Origin: Candidatus Enterousia sp.
GTDB lineage: Bacteria > Pseudomonadota > Alphaproteobacteria > Rs-D84
Direction of reading: 5' to 3'
Length of the DNA: 64,000 nucleotides
Assembly: GCA_045647355.1 (NCBI GenBank)
Contig: JAZRMF010000005.1
Location: 101,763-165,762 of the forward strand
The position numbers and the translations under genes were made by a program. Below the pieces are notes generated by a model that made no database searches, was not told where the DNA came from, and worked only from the letters and a program-made list of their open reading frames with translations. Shown piece after piece: positions 1 to 10,470 of the stretch (the stretch's first letter is position 1; each line of letters begins with the position of its first letter).

Positions 1-549
1 TGGGCTTTATCCCCACAGGCACGTGCAGATATGGTAAAAACGTTTGGGGTATCGTATCAAAGTGGTGCGTTATTTTCGTCTATGACAATTGCGGAAAATG
101 TTGCGTTGCCCATGGAATTAGAAACCAATATGACGGCCGCTGAAATCAAACGCAAGACCTATGATAAACTAAAAATCGTTGGGCTCGATAAATATGGCGA
201 TTTGTATCCATCCGAGGTTAGTGGCGGTATGGTCAAACGCGCAGCATTGGCTCGCGCAATGGCATTGGATCCGCGGATTCTTTTCTTTGACGAACCATCC
301 GCCGGGCTGGACCCAATACGTTCAATGGAATTAGATAGTTTAATTAAACAGATAAATCGCGATACTGGGGCAACGATTGTTATGGTTACACATGAATTAC
401 AAACGATAATGGATATTGCAAATAATTCCGTATATATTTATAATAGAACTGTCGGGGCCGTGGGCGCGCCACAGCAAATATTGGCAAACACCAAAAATCA
501 GGAAATCGTAGATTTCTTAACACGGGGACAAAAGAGAGGGAAAAAATGA
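1..549 (+). CDS. mlaF: ABC transporter ATP-binding protein, MlaF-like (5' end outside window)
   Basis: ABC signature LSGGMVKRAALARAMA, Walker B ILFFDEPSAGLD, H-loop VTHE; Walker A missing so truncated at window start; followed by MCE gene. Confidence 0.8.
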   Translation, partial: WALSPQARADMVKTFGVSYQSGALFSSMTIAENVALPMELETNMTAAEIKRKTYDKLKIVGLDKYGDLYPSEVSGGMVKRAALARAMALDPRILFFDEPSAGLDPIRSMELDSLIKQINRDTGATIVMVTHELQTIMDIANNSVYIYNRTVGAVGAPQQILANTKNQEIVDFLTRGQKRGKK

Positions 550-1322
550 TTCAACCAAACAAACACACTATTGGCATATTTTTGACGCTGGGGCTGGTCA
601 TGGTTGTTGGGGCTATTTTGTTCTTCTTTGGTCATCGTTTGGAACGTAATTATGTTAGCCCTGTGTTATTCTTTGAAGGTTCGGTCAAAGGGCTAACCGT
701 TGGTTCTAATGTTTACTTTCGTGGGGTACCAATCGGGCGCGTTGATAAAATTCAACTTATCCCGAACAGCGAAGCCAAAATGATTATTCCGGTCTATATT
801 CGAATTGATCCCAAGATGACCGCACAAAGAAAAGTATCACGTTCAAAACTTGAAGCATGGATAGAAGAATTGGTAAAACATGGTCTGAAAGGAAAATTGC
901 AAACGCAAAGTGTATTAACAGGACAAATGACAATTGAATTAGATTTCTATCCAAATTATCCGGTGCATTTTCAGGCGCAAAAATACGATATACACGACAT
1001 AGAAATTCCAACAATTCCATCTATGTTAGACGAGATTTCGCAGAATTTAGAGAAAATACCACTTTCGGATATATCACGTAATATGAACGGGTTATTGCAA
1101 AATCTTAACAACAATATTCCTGATTTATTGCAGCAATCGACCGCAGCGGTAACAAGTATAAATCGACTTGCCAATTCTATATCTGGACCAGGGGCAGACA
1201 CGGTATCAAACTTTAATAAAATGATACGCGATGTCAGTGATGCGGCAAAATCTGTATCAAGACTTAGCGATTATTTAGAACGCCATCCAGAGGCATTGTT
1301 AAAAGGTAAAGGGGGGTATTAA
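546..1322 (+). CDS. mlaD: MlaD-like MCE-domain protein (N-terminal TM anchor)
   Basis: TM helix then MCE-like segment FFEGSVKGLTVGSNVYFRGVPIGRV; start overlaps mlaF stop (ATGA). Confidence 0.75.
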   Translation: MIQPNKHTIGIFLTLGLVMVVGAILFFFGHRLERNYVSPVLFFEGSVKGLTVGSNVYFRGVPIGRVDKIQLIPNSEAKMIIPVYIRIDPKMTAQRKVSRSKLEAWIEELVKHGLKGKLQTQSVLTGQMTIELDFYPNYPVHFQAQKYDIHDIEIPTIPSMLDEISQNLEKIPLSDISRNMNGLLQNLNNNIPDLLQQSTAAVTSINRLANSISGPGADTVSNFNKMIRDVSDAAKSVSRLSDYLERHPEALLKGKGGY

Positions 1323-1323
1323 T

Positions 1324-1932
1324 ATGAGAATATATAACGTTATTTTGTTATTGGCGATAACTGGACTTGCCGCATGTGGGTTCGGTCATAGTAGCGAACC
1401 TTCACGCTTTTATGCGCTGACCACGCCAGAGGTGCAGCAGGTACGCGGTCCCGCAAAATCTGTAAATGTCGTTGTAGAAAATGTATCGGTACCGCAATCT
1501 GTGGACAGACCGCAAATCGTTGTTAAGCAGTCAAATTCTAATATGCTGATTGTGTCCGAATTCGATAGATGGATTGAAGAATTATCAAGCGCCCTGCCCG
1601 TTGCCATATCCGAAAATATGAACATGTACGCCAAGAATATCAACGCAAGACCGAAACGATTTGCCGCACTTTCTGGCAACACAAAATATATTGTTGCGGT
1701 TGACTTTGTTCGATTTGACACAGAAACGGATGGCAAAATAACTCTATCTGCATGGTGGACAGTGTCAAACAATCATGGCGACATGTTGGTTCAAAAAAAG
1801 ACAACACAAACAGCCGACACCCCAGATATGAATTCGGGTCGTCCCGACTATGACGCGATTGTATCAACCCAAAGTAAACTGATTGCAAAATTATCCTATA
1901 AAATTGCAGATGTAATCAGTGAATTAAAATAA
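1324..1932 (+). CDS. ABC-type transport auxiliary lipoprotein (PqiC/YmbA-like)
   Basis: lipobox LAACG after signal peptide; position immediately after MCE gene. Confidence 0.55.
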   Translation: MRIYNVILLLAITGLAACGFGHSSEPSRFYALTTPEVQQVRGPAKSVNVVVENVSVPQSVDRPQIVVKQSNSNMLIVSEFDRWIEELSSALPVAISENMNMYAKNINARPKRFAALSGNTKYIVAVDFVRFDTETDGKITLSAWWTVSNNHGDMLVQKKTTQTADTPDMNSGRPDYDAIVSTQSKLIAKLSYKIADVISELK

Positions 1933-1957
1933 AGAAGCACTAGATAATGTATCATAT

Positions 1958-1990
1958 AAAAAATCCCGCAGTGCGGGATTCTTTATTACT
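1958..1990. terminator. bidirectional rho-independent terminator
   Basis: hairpin atcccgcagtgcgggat flanked by A-run and T-run between convergent genes. Confidence 0.7.
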
Positions 1991-2001
1991 ACGTTTGGCT
2001 T

Positions 2002-3801
2002 TTAACCAACCAATTTACGCCACAGGCTTGGTTTCTTGCCTTTCTGTTGACGTTTACGCGTACGATGTGGTGCGTTCATGGTTGTCTTTTTCGCCTCGGT
2101 ATGCTGGGCATTTTTCTTTTTCGCATCCGTAGACGGTGCGTTTGCCATCAACAAATCATCGGTTTTCGCCTGTTCGGGTGCAACACGTTGAATTGAATAT
2201 TGATCGATATTCATCAAACTGTCGTCACCAACAATGACTATTTCCGTGCCAAATTCAGCCTCCATTGAATTTAATTCTGCACGTTTATGGTTCAGAATAT
2301 AAATTGCGATATCGGTTGGAACGGTCATTATTATCTTTTGTGCCGCCTTGGCCAGTAATTTTTCTTGCAAATGACGGAACAAGATAATAGATGCCGTTTG
2401 GATACTTGGAACGACACCCGCCCCCATACAGTGTGGACACGCAACATACGAAGATTCAATAAAGCTGCTGCGCAGACGTTGACGTGACAACATCAAAACC
2501 CCAAACGCATTTATTTTTGCAACCTGGGTACGGGCGCGGTCATGTTTCATAACTTCGCGCATTTTCATTTCCAATTTGCGATTGTTGCGTTCTTCTTCCA
2601 TATCGATAAAGTCAATTGCAACAATACCCGCCAAATCGCGCAGACGTAATTGCAAGGCGATTTCTTCGGCGGCCTCTAAATTAGTATTCAATGCGGTTTG
2701 TTCGATATCTTTTTCCTTGATAGCCCGGGACGAATTGACGTCGATTGTCACCATGGCCTCGGTTTGATTAATAACCAAAGAACCACCAGATGGCAACTGG
2801 ACATATGGTCCATGCAGACCTTCGAGTTGTTTTTCCACACCGGCCTTGACCATTAATGGAACCGCAGGGTCTTTATACAAAACCAATTGTTTGCGTGGTG
2901 CGCGACCATACATTTGTTGAAAATATGTTTTTGCCGCTTCGAACGCCTCTTCGCCCTGGATTGTAAGAATATCGTCTTTGTCGGACAAGAAATCACGAAC
3001 TACACGACGTAGCAGGGAATCTTCGGTATGGATGATAACCGGCGCCACAGATTCCAACGTTGTTTTACGGATTTCGTTCCATAAATTAACCAGGTAATCA
3101 TAATCCGCCGCCACATCTGCCGCGGTTGCACCAAATGCCGCCGTACGCAAAACAACCGTCATGCCCTTTGGTATTTTTAATGTGTGCAATATTTCGCGCA
3201 GACGCGCACGTTCGGCTTTATCCGAAATCTTTTTGGAAATACCATAACTGTTACGTTTACGTGAATTCGGCATCAGAACCGCAAAACGACCCGCCAATGA
3301 CAAATACGTTGTCATCGATGCGCCCTTTTGTCCGCGTTCTTCTTTGACACCCTGGACCAGCAAAATCTGCTTTGGTTTTATAACGTCCTGGATTTTGAAT
3401 TCGCGTGCACGTTTTGTAAATTCTTTGTTATCTTCACCGGCACTGTGGTCATCATAGTCGGTGACTTCGTCGGCCTCGTCATCGGGGTCGTCATCATCAT
3501 CAATGATGTTCGCGTGCGCAAGTTCGATAAGTTTCTTTTTCTGTTCAGGTGTGATTTGGTAATAGTCCGGATGGATTTCAGAAAACGGCAAAAAGCCATT
3601 TTTTCCGGTACCATAATCCACAAACGCGGCCTGGAGTGACGGTTCAACCCTTATAACCTTGGCCAGATAAATGTTCCCTTTTATCTGGGGTTTAGTGGTT
3701 GTTTCAACGTCAAAATCAGAAACGCGATTATTGGAGGAATCTACGACAACAACACGTGTTTCCTCCGGGTGGACTGCGTCCACATATATCTTTTTTGACA
3801 T
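2002..3801 (-). CDS. rne: ribonuclease E/G family endoribonuclease
   Basis: S1 domain, acidic insert, Zn-link CPHCMGAGVV motif; start moved to MSKKIYVDAV (RBS aaagga upstream) rather than ORF-track start at 3897. Confidence 0.8.
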   Translation of the reverse strand: MSKKIYVDAVHPEETRVVVVDSSNNRVSDFDVETTTKPQIKGNIYLAKVIRVEPSLQAAFVDYGTGKNGFLPFSEIHPDYYQITPEQKKKLIELAHANIIDDDDDPDDEADEVTDYDDHSAGEDNKEFTKRAREFKIQDVIKPKQILLVQGVKEERGQKGASMTTYLSLAGRFAVLMPNSRKRNSYGISKKISDKAERARLREILHTLKIPKGMTVVLRTAAFGATAADVAADYDYLVNLWNEIRKTTLESVAPVIIHTEDSLLRRVVRDFLSDKDDILTIQGEEAFEAAKTYFQQMYGRAPRKQLVLYKDPAVPLMVKAGVEKQLEGLHGPYVQLPSGGSLVINQTEAMVTIDVNSSRAIKEKDIEQTALNTNLEAAEEIALQLRLRDLAGIVAIDFIDMEEERNNRKLEMKMREVMKHDRARTQVAKINAFGVLMLSRQRLRSSFIESSYVACPHCMGAGVVPSIQTASIILFRHLQEKLLAKAAQKIIMTVPTDIAIYILNHKRAELNSMEAEFGTEIVIVGDDSLMNIDQYSIQRVAPEQAKTDDLLMANAPSTDAKKKNAQHTEAKKTTMNAPHRTRKRQQKGKKPSLWRKLVG

Positions 3802-4008
3802 TAAATAATCCTTTTGTGTTAAGCGCATATCTGTGGGCAATAACCCGTCCCCGTGGGGCGTCCAAGCCCATGCCAAGGGATAGCGCAACGATTGCAAAAA
3901 GCGCCCATCGGATTAGAGAAAGAAGTGATAATAAAAACACTTTACATATACCCCATAGTTATACTTGCACGATATTCTAACATGTGGGAAAATAATACGC
4001 AAGGTATT

Positions 4009-5034
4009 TTATTGTTCTTGGTTTTTATTCTTGAAATCACGCGAAAAATGGGGAATTTTTTGTTTGGCTTCGTCTATCCAACGACGCATACGCGCGCGCA
4101 ACCAACGTTCATAGATAAAGAATAACCCACCAACACCGATAAGTGGCAACACATAGTATATTATACGGTATGCCAATAATGCGCCGAAAATGCTCGCCTT
4201 GTCCGCGCCGTCTGGCAACGCCAACAAGAACACACTTTCAAATACGCCGATACCGCCGGGAACCTGGCTGAATACCCCTGTGGTTTGCGCCACAACGAAC
4301 AGCCCAATAAATGTTCCAAATGGCATATGAACAAACGGTATCATACAGAAATACAGAACCAATCCGGCCAAAACACTGTCTGTCATTCCAAGTAAAGTTT
4401 GCAAAAAAGCCATCTTGGTTGATGGAATATCAAACTTTAATTGCCCTATTCTGATACTTTTATTGCGAAAAAATACGGTTATTGCGAAATACGCCAATAA
4501 CGCCGCCAAACAGAATATAAACAGTGTATTCAACCCAACCGATGCACCAACCGATGCGGATATTATGTCAGATGGTATCAAGAAATACCCCACAACTGCG
4601 ATTGCCGTCGCCCCAAGGAAATATGTAAACCCATTTATGGTCACAATTTTAACAATATCACCGCCACGAATCCGCCAACGCGTATAAAGCCGGTAACGAA
4701 TTGCCCCACCACTAACCACCGCGTGACCGGCATTATTGCTGATTGCAAACCCCAACATCCCGGCCAGCATCCATTTCCACCATGAAACTTTACCACCCGC
4801 CCCGACATAATTTAATGCCAAGCAATCATACAAGGCCAACGCGACATATCCCGCCAAACATGCGACCGATGCCGCGACCAAATTAATAACAGGAATATCC
4901 AACAATGCCCGCGCGATATCATAAAACGAATAATTGCGCAATTGCCACCACAACATGAAGGCAGCCAAACAAAAGAATACTATCCCAGAATACCCTAGTA
5001 ACTTTTTGAACACTTTTTTGGTTTTAGTTGACAT
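4009..5034 (-). CDS. UPF0104 / lysyl-PG synthase TM-region-like (flippase-like) membrane protein
   Basis: multi-TM; motif ISNNAGHAVVSGGAIRYRLY typical of LPG_synthase_TM/YbhN family; start chosen at MSTKTKK with RBS aagaagga. Confidence 0.55.
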   Translation of the reverse strand: MSTKTKKVFKKLLGYSGIVFFCLAAFMLWWQLRNYSFYDIARALLDIPVINLVAASVACLAGYVALALYDCLALNYVGAGGKVSWWKWMLAGMLGFAISNNAGHAVVSGGAIRYRLYTRWRIRGGDIVKIVTINGFTYFLGATAIAVVGYFLIPSDIISASVGASVGLNTLFIFCLAALLAYFAITVFFRNKSIRIGQLKFDIPSTKMAFLQTLLGMTDSVLAGLVLYFCMIPFVHMPFGTFIGLFVVAQTTGVFSQVPGGIGVFESVFLLALPDGADKASIFGALLAYRIIYYVLPLIGVGGLFFIYERWLRARMRRWIDEAKQKIPHFSRDFKNKNQEQ

Positions 5035-5101
5035 AAAATCCTTCTTTACAGTGCATAAGCATAACACCATCCAAGTCAAAATGCAAGTAATGGATATATG
5101 T

Positions 5102-5872
5102 TTAAACCTTTAATAAGATATCAGCGACACGTGCCCTGGTGGCATGATAAGCAGCTTTTTCAACATCGGTACTCCCGACAAGATGGGCACCTGTGGCGGA
5201 ATTGTCCGACACAACCAATATTGCAGATGCGTTTTTACCAATATGGCTCATACAGGCGAAAAAGGTTGCAACCTCCATTTCCAATGCCTGGGCACCCATG
5301 TCCCGGAATTCATCCATGTGAATGTATTCCGCCGTCACGCTGTCCATTGATATAACGGGGACATTTAGCGTATTTATACCCTGCCCCATTGCGATATCTT
5401 TAATGTGTGCGGATAATTTCGAATCTGGGTACGTTTTTTCAAACAGGTTTTTCGCATCCAACCTGTCATGCAGGTACAATGTCACGCCATTGCCAGAAAT
5501 TGCATATTCGGGAATAATCATATCCCCGACGCGTATTCCCGGAACCAGCCCCCCAACCGAACCAATAAAGACGAAATTATCACAATTTGCCTTGTGACAC
5601 GCCAAACAGAATTCCCCCATAACTGGCGCGCCAATATACAATGTGATAAACAAATAATTCTTGCCATTATGTTTGATTCTGTATGTTTTGGCGTCACGCG
5701 TGCAGAACATTTCTTCTATATTTATTTCTGATGCACCAAATACTTTATCTTTGGTCCAAGATGGTGCAACAAATATGCAATCAAAGTGCTCTTCCACCGG
5801 TATTCCATAAATTGTATTCAACAAATCGCACGGCAGCGAATTTTGTTCAAATGTTTCCAATAGTTTGCTCAT
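5102..5872 (-). CDS. nucleoside phosphorylase / nucleosidase family protein (PNP_UDP_1 fold)
   Basis: FIGSVGGL and LEMEVATFFA motifs resembling MTA/SAH nucleosidase and purine nucleoside phosphorylase family. Confidence 0.5.
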   Translation of the reverse strand: MSKLLETFEQNSLPCDLLNTIYGIPVEEHFDCIFVAPSWTKDKVFGASEINIEEMFCTRDAKTYRIKHNGKNYLFITLYIGAPVMGEFCLACHKANCDNFVFIGSVGGLVPGIRVGDMIIPEYAISGNGVTLYLHDRLDAKNLFEKTYPDSKLSAHIKDIAMGQGINTLNVPVISMDSVTAEYIHMDEFRDMGAQALEMEVATFFACMSHIGKNASAILVVSDNSATGAHLVGSTDVEKAAYHATRARVADILLKV

Positions 5873-5975
5873 AATCTACCTCTTTGTGCTGATTGTAACA
5901 CAATATACGATAAAAATCTAGATTATAACCACACGATATGGTATAATAATCACATTGATTAAAGGGGATTTTTCA

Positions 5976-6515
5976 ATGATTCGTGCGGTAAAATTCAAAT
6001 TAAAAAACGGTAAAACAATCACTATTCGCCCATTACGGTTGGCCGATTATGATGCGCAAGAAAGTTATATCAAAAAATTTTCCAAAGGTCCGGGGGCAAT
6101 TCAGACACTGCAATACCCCGGTCGACCAAGACCACCCAAAGAGTACTTTCAAAAATTTCTGGCGAATAATTTCTTGTTGGGTGCATTTGATGGCGACACC
6201 ATAATTGGTACATGCAGTGTTAATTTGTTGCGCCATGATCATCCGTATTCTGGACATGCCGCGGGCATGGGGATGTCTGTGTTGCAAAAATACACGCATA
6301 ATGGAATTGGTGGAAAATTCTTTGAAATTGGCGAAAAATGGGCACGCGAAAATGGCGTTCATAAATTACAGGCCGAAATCCGCCACAACAATATTCCATC
6401 CATTGCAAATTGTATAAAACATGGATTTATAATCACGGGCATCAATTATGATGCGGCGTTTATAAATGGCAAATGGGTTCACGAATATATCGTTGAAAAA
6501 GTATTAGATAAATAA
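5976..6515 (+). CDS. GNAT family N-acetyltransferase
   Basis: acetyl-CoA binding-like segment HNGIGGKFFEIGEKWAREN; start at MIRAVKF with RBS aaagggga. Confidence 0.6.
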   Translation: MIRAVKFKLKNGKTITIRPLRLADYDAQESYIKKFSKGPGAIQTLQYPGRPRPPKEYFQKFLANNFLLGAFDGDTIIGTCSVNLLRHDHPYSGHAAGMGMSVLQKYTHNGIGGKFFEIGEKWARENGVHKLQAEIRHNNIPSIANCIKHGFIITGINYDAAFINGKWVHEYIVEKVLDK

Positions 6516-6525
6516 GTCAATACTT

Positions 6526-8301
6526 TTATTTCTTGCGCGTCTGTATGCGCCACAGTTTGCTATACTCACCGCCACGGCGCAACAGTTGATTATGCGTTCC
6601 GGTTTCAATAATTTTGCCATTTTTAATAACGACTATTCTATCCATATTTTGCAATGTCGCCAACCGATGCGCGATTACTAATGTGGTTTTGCCCGTCATC
6701 GCACTTTTCATTGATTTCTGAATTAACATCTCGTTTTCTGAATCAAGGGCTGATGTGGCTTCGTCCAATACCAAAATCGGCGCATTTTTCAATAATGCAC
6801 GCGCGATAGATACGCGTTGACGCTGGCCGCCGGACAATTTTATTCCGTTATTTCCGACAAGGGTGTTATATCCCTTTGGCAACCCCATTATAAATTCATG
6901 AATATTCGCTTTCTTGGCGGCATCTATCACTTCGGCACGTGTGGCATGTGGACGCGCATAGCGAATATTCTCTAAAATTGTACGATTGAACAATGTCGCC
7001 TCTTGCGGAACGTACGAAATATTACGGCGCAATGAATCCTGGGTGACATCACGAATATCGGTATCGTTTATCATGATTTTGCCACCTTGGACATCATACA
7101 TGCGCAATAGTAAATAGCATATTGTGGTCTTGCCCGCGCCCGATAGGCCGACAATTCCGACCTTTTCCGCCCGGTTAACTTTTAAGTTAAAGTGTTTGAA
7201 AATCGTATTTTTGCCATACGCAAAATCGATGTTTTGAAAATTAATTTCGGCATCGCGCACAGATAATTTTTTAGCATTTTCTTTATCTTGGACGACCCTA
7301 TCCATAATTATATTTTCATATGCCTTTTTAACCGTTGCAGATGTTCGTGTATATTGTTGCAATGTTCTGTTAATGTTGTTAAAGGCGTTGTTAATAGACC
7401 CCATAGACGCCATAACAAACACCGCATCCGATATACTTAACGTGCCATTTTTAATTAACAGAAAACAAAACAATAATATTCCCAACCGTGTTACATACCA
7501 AAGTACTAGTGATGGCGCCCATTTACAGCGTTCCAGGTAATAGTCACGTTTGACCAGCTGTATCAAATTCTGACGACCATTATAAATGTATTTATTTTCA
7601 TATTCGGTGTTCGCAAAATATTTCGCCGTTAATGCATTATTCAAACTATCACTACGCAGGCCCATATATTTTGAATCTTCGTTCTGTATCTGCCGACCGT
7701 TTTGAACAATTTTTTTCTGTATCATCCATTCCCAAAATACCTTTATTGCGCCATATACAAGTAAAACGACCAAGAACCATATATTCATTGTTGCCATTGC
7801 CCCAACAAGTGATAGAAAACCAAGCGCACTGCCCAGCACTTTACTGTAAAACAGATATGTTAACGAATTTAATTCACTGGAAACACGTTGCGCATCTGAT
7901 AATATGCGTCCGCCCGGCCGATCGATAAAAAACGAGATATCATTATCGTATATGCGCTTATATAATACATATATCTGATAACGACCGACATATTGCTGTT
8001 TATGTCCTTTGATAATTGAACGTATCCAATATACCGCCGTATCAAAAGCATATAAACCCGCCATATATATAAATACAGGCAATACCATCGCCCAATTTGC
8101 AGACATCGCATTTTCAAAAATCTGCATCATCCATTTTGATGTTAACGGAAAGAACACCATGCCTATAATGGTTGTAATAATTTCCAATGAAAAGACCGAC
8201 CCAAAATACCACGGAAAATGTTTTATAACCAACCAATAAAAGCCCTTGTATGTTTTTGGAAAATCGTCTTGCTGCATATTTTGCCCTTTGTTTCTACGCA
8301 A
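6526..8301 (-). CDS. ABC transporter, fused permease/ATP-binding exporter (MsbA-like)
   Basis: 6-TM N-terminal half; Walker A GLSGAGKTT, signature LSGGQRQRVSIARAL, Walker B ILVLDEATSALD. Confidence 0.85.
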   Translation of the reverse strand: MRRNKGQNMQQDDFPKTYKGFYWLVIKHFPWYFGSVFSLEIITTIIGMVFFPLTSKWMMQIFENAMSANWAMVLPVFIYMAGLYAFDTAVYWIRSIIKGHKQQYVGRYQIYVLYKRIYDNDISFFIDRPGGRILSDAQRVSSELNSLTYLFYSKVLGSALGFLSLVGAMATMNIWFLVVLLVYGAIKVFWEWMIQKKIVQNGRQIQNEDSKYMGLRSDSLNNALTAKYFANTEYENKYIYNGRQNLIQLVKRDYYLERCKWAPSLVLWYVTRLGILLFCFLLIKNGTLSISDAVFVMASMGSINNAFNNINRTLQQYTRTSATVKKAYENIIMDRVVQDKENAKKLSVRDAEINFQNIDFAYGKNTIFKHFNLKVNRAEKVGIVGLSGAGKTTICYLLLRMYDVQGGKIMINDTDIRDVTQDSLRRNISYVPQEATLFNRTILENIRYARPHATRAEVIDAAKKANIHEFIMGLPKGYNTLVGNNGIKLSGGQRQRVSIARALLKNAPILVLDEATSALDSENEMLIQKSMKSAMTGKTTLVIAHRLATLQNMDRIVVIKNGKIIETGTHNQLLRRGGEYSKLWRIQTRKK

Positions 8302-8355
8302 TTATATCATATTTTAGGAATAAAAAGAATATGAAATACATATACCCCATTAATA

Positions 8356-8386
8356 TAGGAATAAAAAACACCCCAAACGGGGTGCT
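8356..8386 (-). terminator. rho-independent terminator downstream of tRNA-Leu
   Basis: hairpin caccccaaacggggtg followed (minus strand) by T-run. Confidence 0.6.
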
Positions 8387-8395
8387 GTATATTTC

Positions 8396-8480
8396 TGGTG
8401 GCCCTGGTCGGACTTGAACCGACACTCCTTGCGGAACTTGATTTTGAGTCAAGCGCGTCTACCAATTCCACCACAGGGCC
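8396..8480 (-). tRNA. tRNA-Leu (anticodon CAA)
   Basis: minus-strand cloverleaf: acceptor GGCCCTG/CAGGGCC + A + CCA, anticodon loop CTCAAAA, long variable arm, T-loop GGTTCAAGTCC; 85 nt. Confidence 0.85.
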
Positions 8481-8492
8481 ATTGGCAAAGAA

Positions 8493-8861
8493 TTATTTAG
8501 ATTTCTTTGCTTCAACCTTTTTCACCAAACGCGCGCTGCGATTCGCTTTGTGAACTGGCTTTTTTGCCGGCTTTTCGGCCGCACCGTTCTTTTTGATAAT
8601 CGCGCGTTTGATTTCCGCCATTTCCGGCGTTAAACGTGATACCGGCTTTGCCATGACATATGCGTCCAACCCACCATGCTTGGTAAGTGTGCGCAAACCC
8701 GCCGCAGACAAACGCAACGAAAAGTCACGACCCAAAATATCACTGTGAAACTTTAATACATGCAAGTTCGGCAAGAATGTACGCTTTGTATGGCGTTCCG
8801 AGTGGGAAACATTCATACCGACTTCTGTTTTTTTACCTGTTACTTTACATACACGTGGCAT
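8493..8861 (-). CDS. rpmB: 50S ribosomal protein L28 with Lys-rich C-terminal extension
   Basis: MPRVCKVTGKKTEVGMNVSHSERHTKRTFLPNL matches L28 N-terminus; about 40 aa basic tail. Confidence 0.8.
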   Translation of the reverse strand: MPRVCKVTGKKTEVGMNVSHSERHTKRTFLPNLHVLKFHSDILGRDFSLRLSAAGLRTLTKHGGLDAYVMAKPVSRLTPEMAEIKRAIIKKNGAAEKPAKKPVHKANRSARLVKKVEAKKSK

Positions 8862-8940
8862 ATTTAAATCCTTTAATCACTGCGGCATAATTTATAACAA
8901 AAAAGCCAAAAAGTCAAGTGTTGTTTTATATTTTATTTAT

Positions 8941-10371
8941 TTAATCGTTATGCGCCGGTGTTAACAAATCGGCAATCGTCTTGACTGGGGTAAATGTTGT
9001 GCCAGGAACTTCGACAAAAATCGTGTTCCACCGCGCCATTGCGCCGTTCCACAATCCTGGGCGTTCCATCGCACGTATCGGATGCCCAGAATACGATTTG
9101 TCGGAAATAAAACCGGTATTTTCATCAATGAAATTAATCAAATTGAACTTATTGCCCGTATAGTCACAAACAGAACACACCAAATCAACCGGATTAAAGT
9201 GTGTTGATTTATTCATTATATCACGTGCGGCGGGCGCAATTTGCGAAGATTCAATGATTTGCAATCCCGACCCGCGTACCCAAAATGGTCCACCCCCAGG
9301 CGCCCCAGTATTTTTTACCATGCCGCATACACGCAAAGGACGGTTTAGTACGGCTTTTAATTCCGTTTTATTTGCTCCAACATCAATTCCAAACGTATCT
9401 TTGATAAAACGTGCAATATTATTTAAATCGGCCTTTTCATCGTCAATTTTGCGCAAGTATTCAAATATCTTTGATTGAATTGATATTAATACGCCCGCCA
9501 AAACCTGTTTATATTCAATGGTATCATCGGCCGCCGCCGCAGTGCATACATTATCTATGTTCTTGATAAAGATGATATCTGCATCAATATTATTCAGGTT
9601 ATTAATTAATGCACCATGCCCCGCCGGTCGGAATACCAATTTGCCATCTGGGGTACGAAAAGGTGTATTATCGGGATTTACCGCAATTGTATCAGTGGAC
9701 GTTTCTTGTTCAGACATTGTGATATTATACTTTACCCCAAAGCGCGATGCATATTCCGGGACGATTTTATCAAGCAATCTTTGAAAAGCATCATGATGTT
9801 CTGGGGACACCGTAAAGTGTATACTTACAGTGTTATCTTTTGACACAGCATATTTTGCGCCTTCAAACAAATGTTCGGCAACAGGTGTACGCACTTCGTC
9901 AATCCCATTATGTTCATGGTTGTACGTATGAAACGGCACCAGCCCCTTTGGCATATTACCGTATTTATTTACAATTGCGCGTGCAATATCAATATCGGTT
10001 GCATTCGCATCCAAATTTAATTCATCGTACATAGCAAGCATTTGCACATGTTCACAAACCTTTTTTGCAACATCGTTTAATTCGCCCGTATCTATAAATG
10101 TAAACAAATCACGCAGCATACGGGTTGCCGCCCCAGATGCCGGAACGAATTTTACAATTGCGTGATTTTTTGCGTATTCTTGATAAGTTTTTATATATTC
10201 TTGGCGTGCGGAATAATTTAATTCTTGGATGCCACCGTTGGCGATTGTTGCAGGTTCTACAATATCGGCATATGGGAACCCACGCACGAAGTCTGCAATT
10301 TGATTTTCTACGTCTTCAACCGTCAATCCATGTTTGATGATTTGTTGAATATCCTGGTCAGAAAAAGTCAT
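8941..10371 (-). CDS. DUF4301-like conserved protein (putative nucleotidyltransferase fold)
   Basis: N-terminus MTFSDQDIQQIIKHGLTVEDVENQIADFVRGFPY resembles DUF4301 family; no other motif recognised. Confidence 0.4.
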   Translation of the reverse strand: MTFSDQDIQQIIKHGLTVEDVENQIADFVRGFPYADIVEPATIANGGIQELNYSARQEYIKTYQEYAKNHAIVKFVPASGAATRMLRDLFTFIDTGELNDVAKKVCEHVQMLAMYDELNLDANATDIDIARAIVNKYGNMPKGLVPFHTYNHEHNGIDEVRTPVAEHLFEGAKYAVSKDNTVSIHFTVSPEHHDAFQRLLDKIVPEYASRFGVKYNITMSEQETSTDTIAVNPDNTPFRTPDGKLVFRPAGHGALINNLNNIDADIIFIKNIDNVCTAAAADDTIEYKQVLAGVLISIQSKIFEYLRKIDDEKADLNNIARFIKDTFGIDVGANKTELKAVLNRPLRVCGMVKNTGAPGGGPFWVRGSGLQIIESSQIAPAARDIMNKSTHFNPVDLVCSVCDYTGNKFNLINFIDENTGFISDKSYSGHPIRAMERPGLWNGAMARWNTIFVEVPGTTFTPVKTIADLLTPAHND

Positions 10372-10470
10372 ATTTTTGCCCCTTTGGGTTTGTTTTCCGT
10401 GGTCTTGAAAAACATTACGACCGCGACTATATATACGTTAACCAAGAACTATTATAAGAGGCAATGAATT

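Noticed and set aside
784-1772. Antisense ORFs 784-1020, 971-1201, 1410-1772, 1640-1888 within the mla operon
   Set aside because: They overlap well-supported plus-strand genes and lack RBS or domain evidence.
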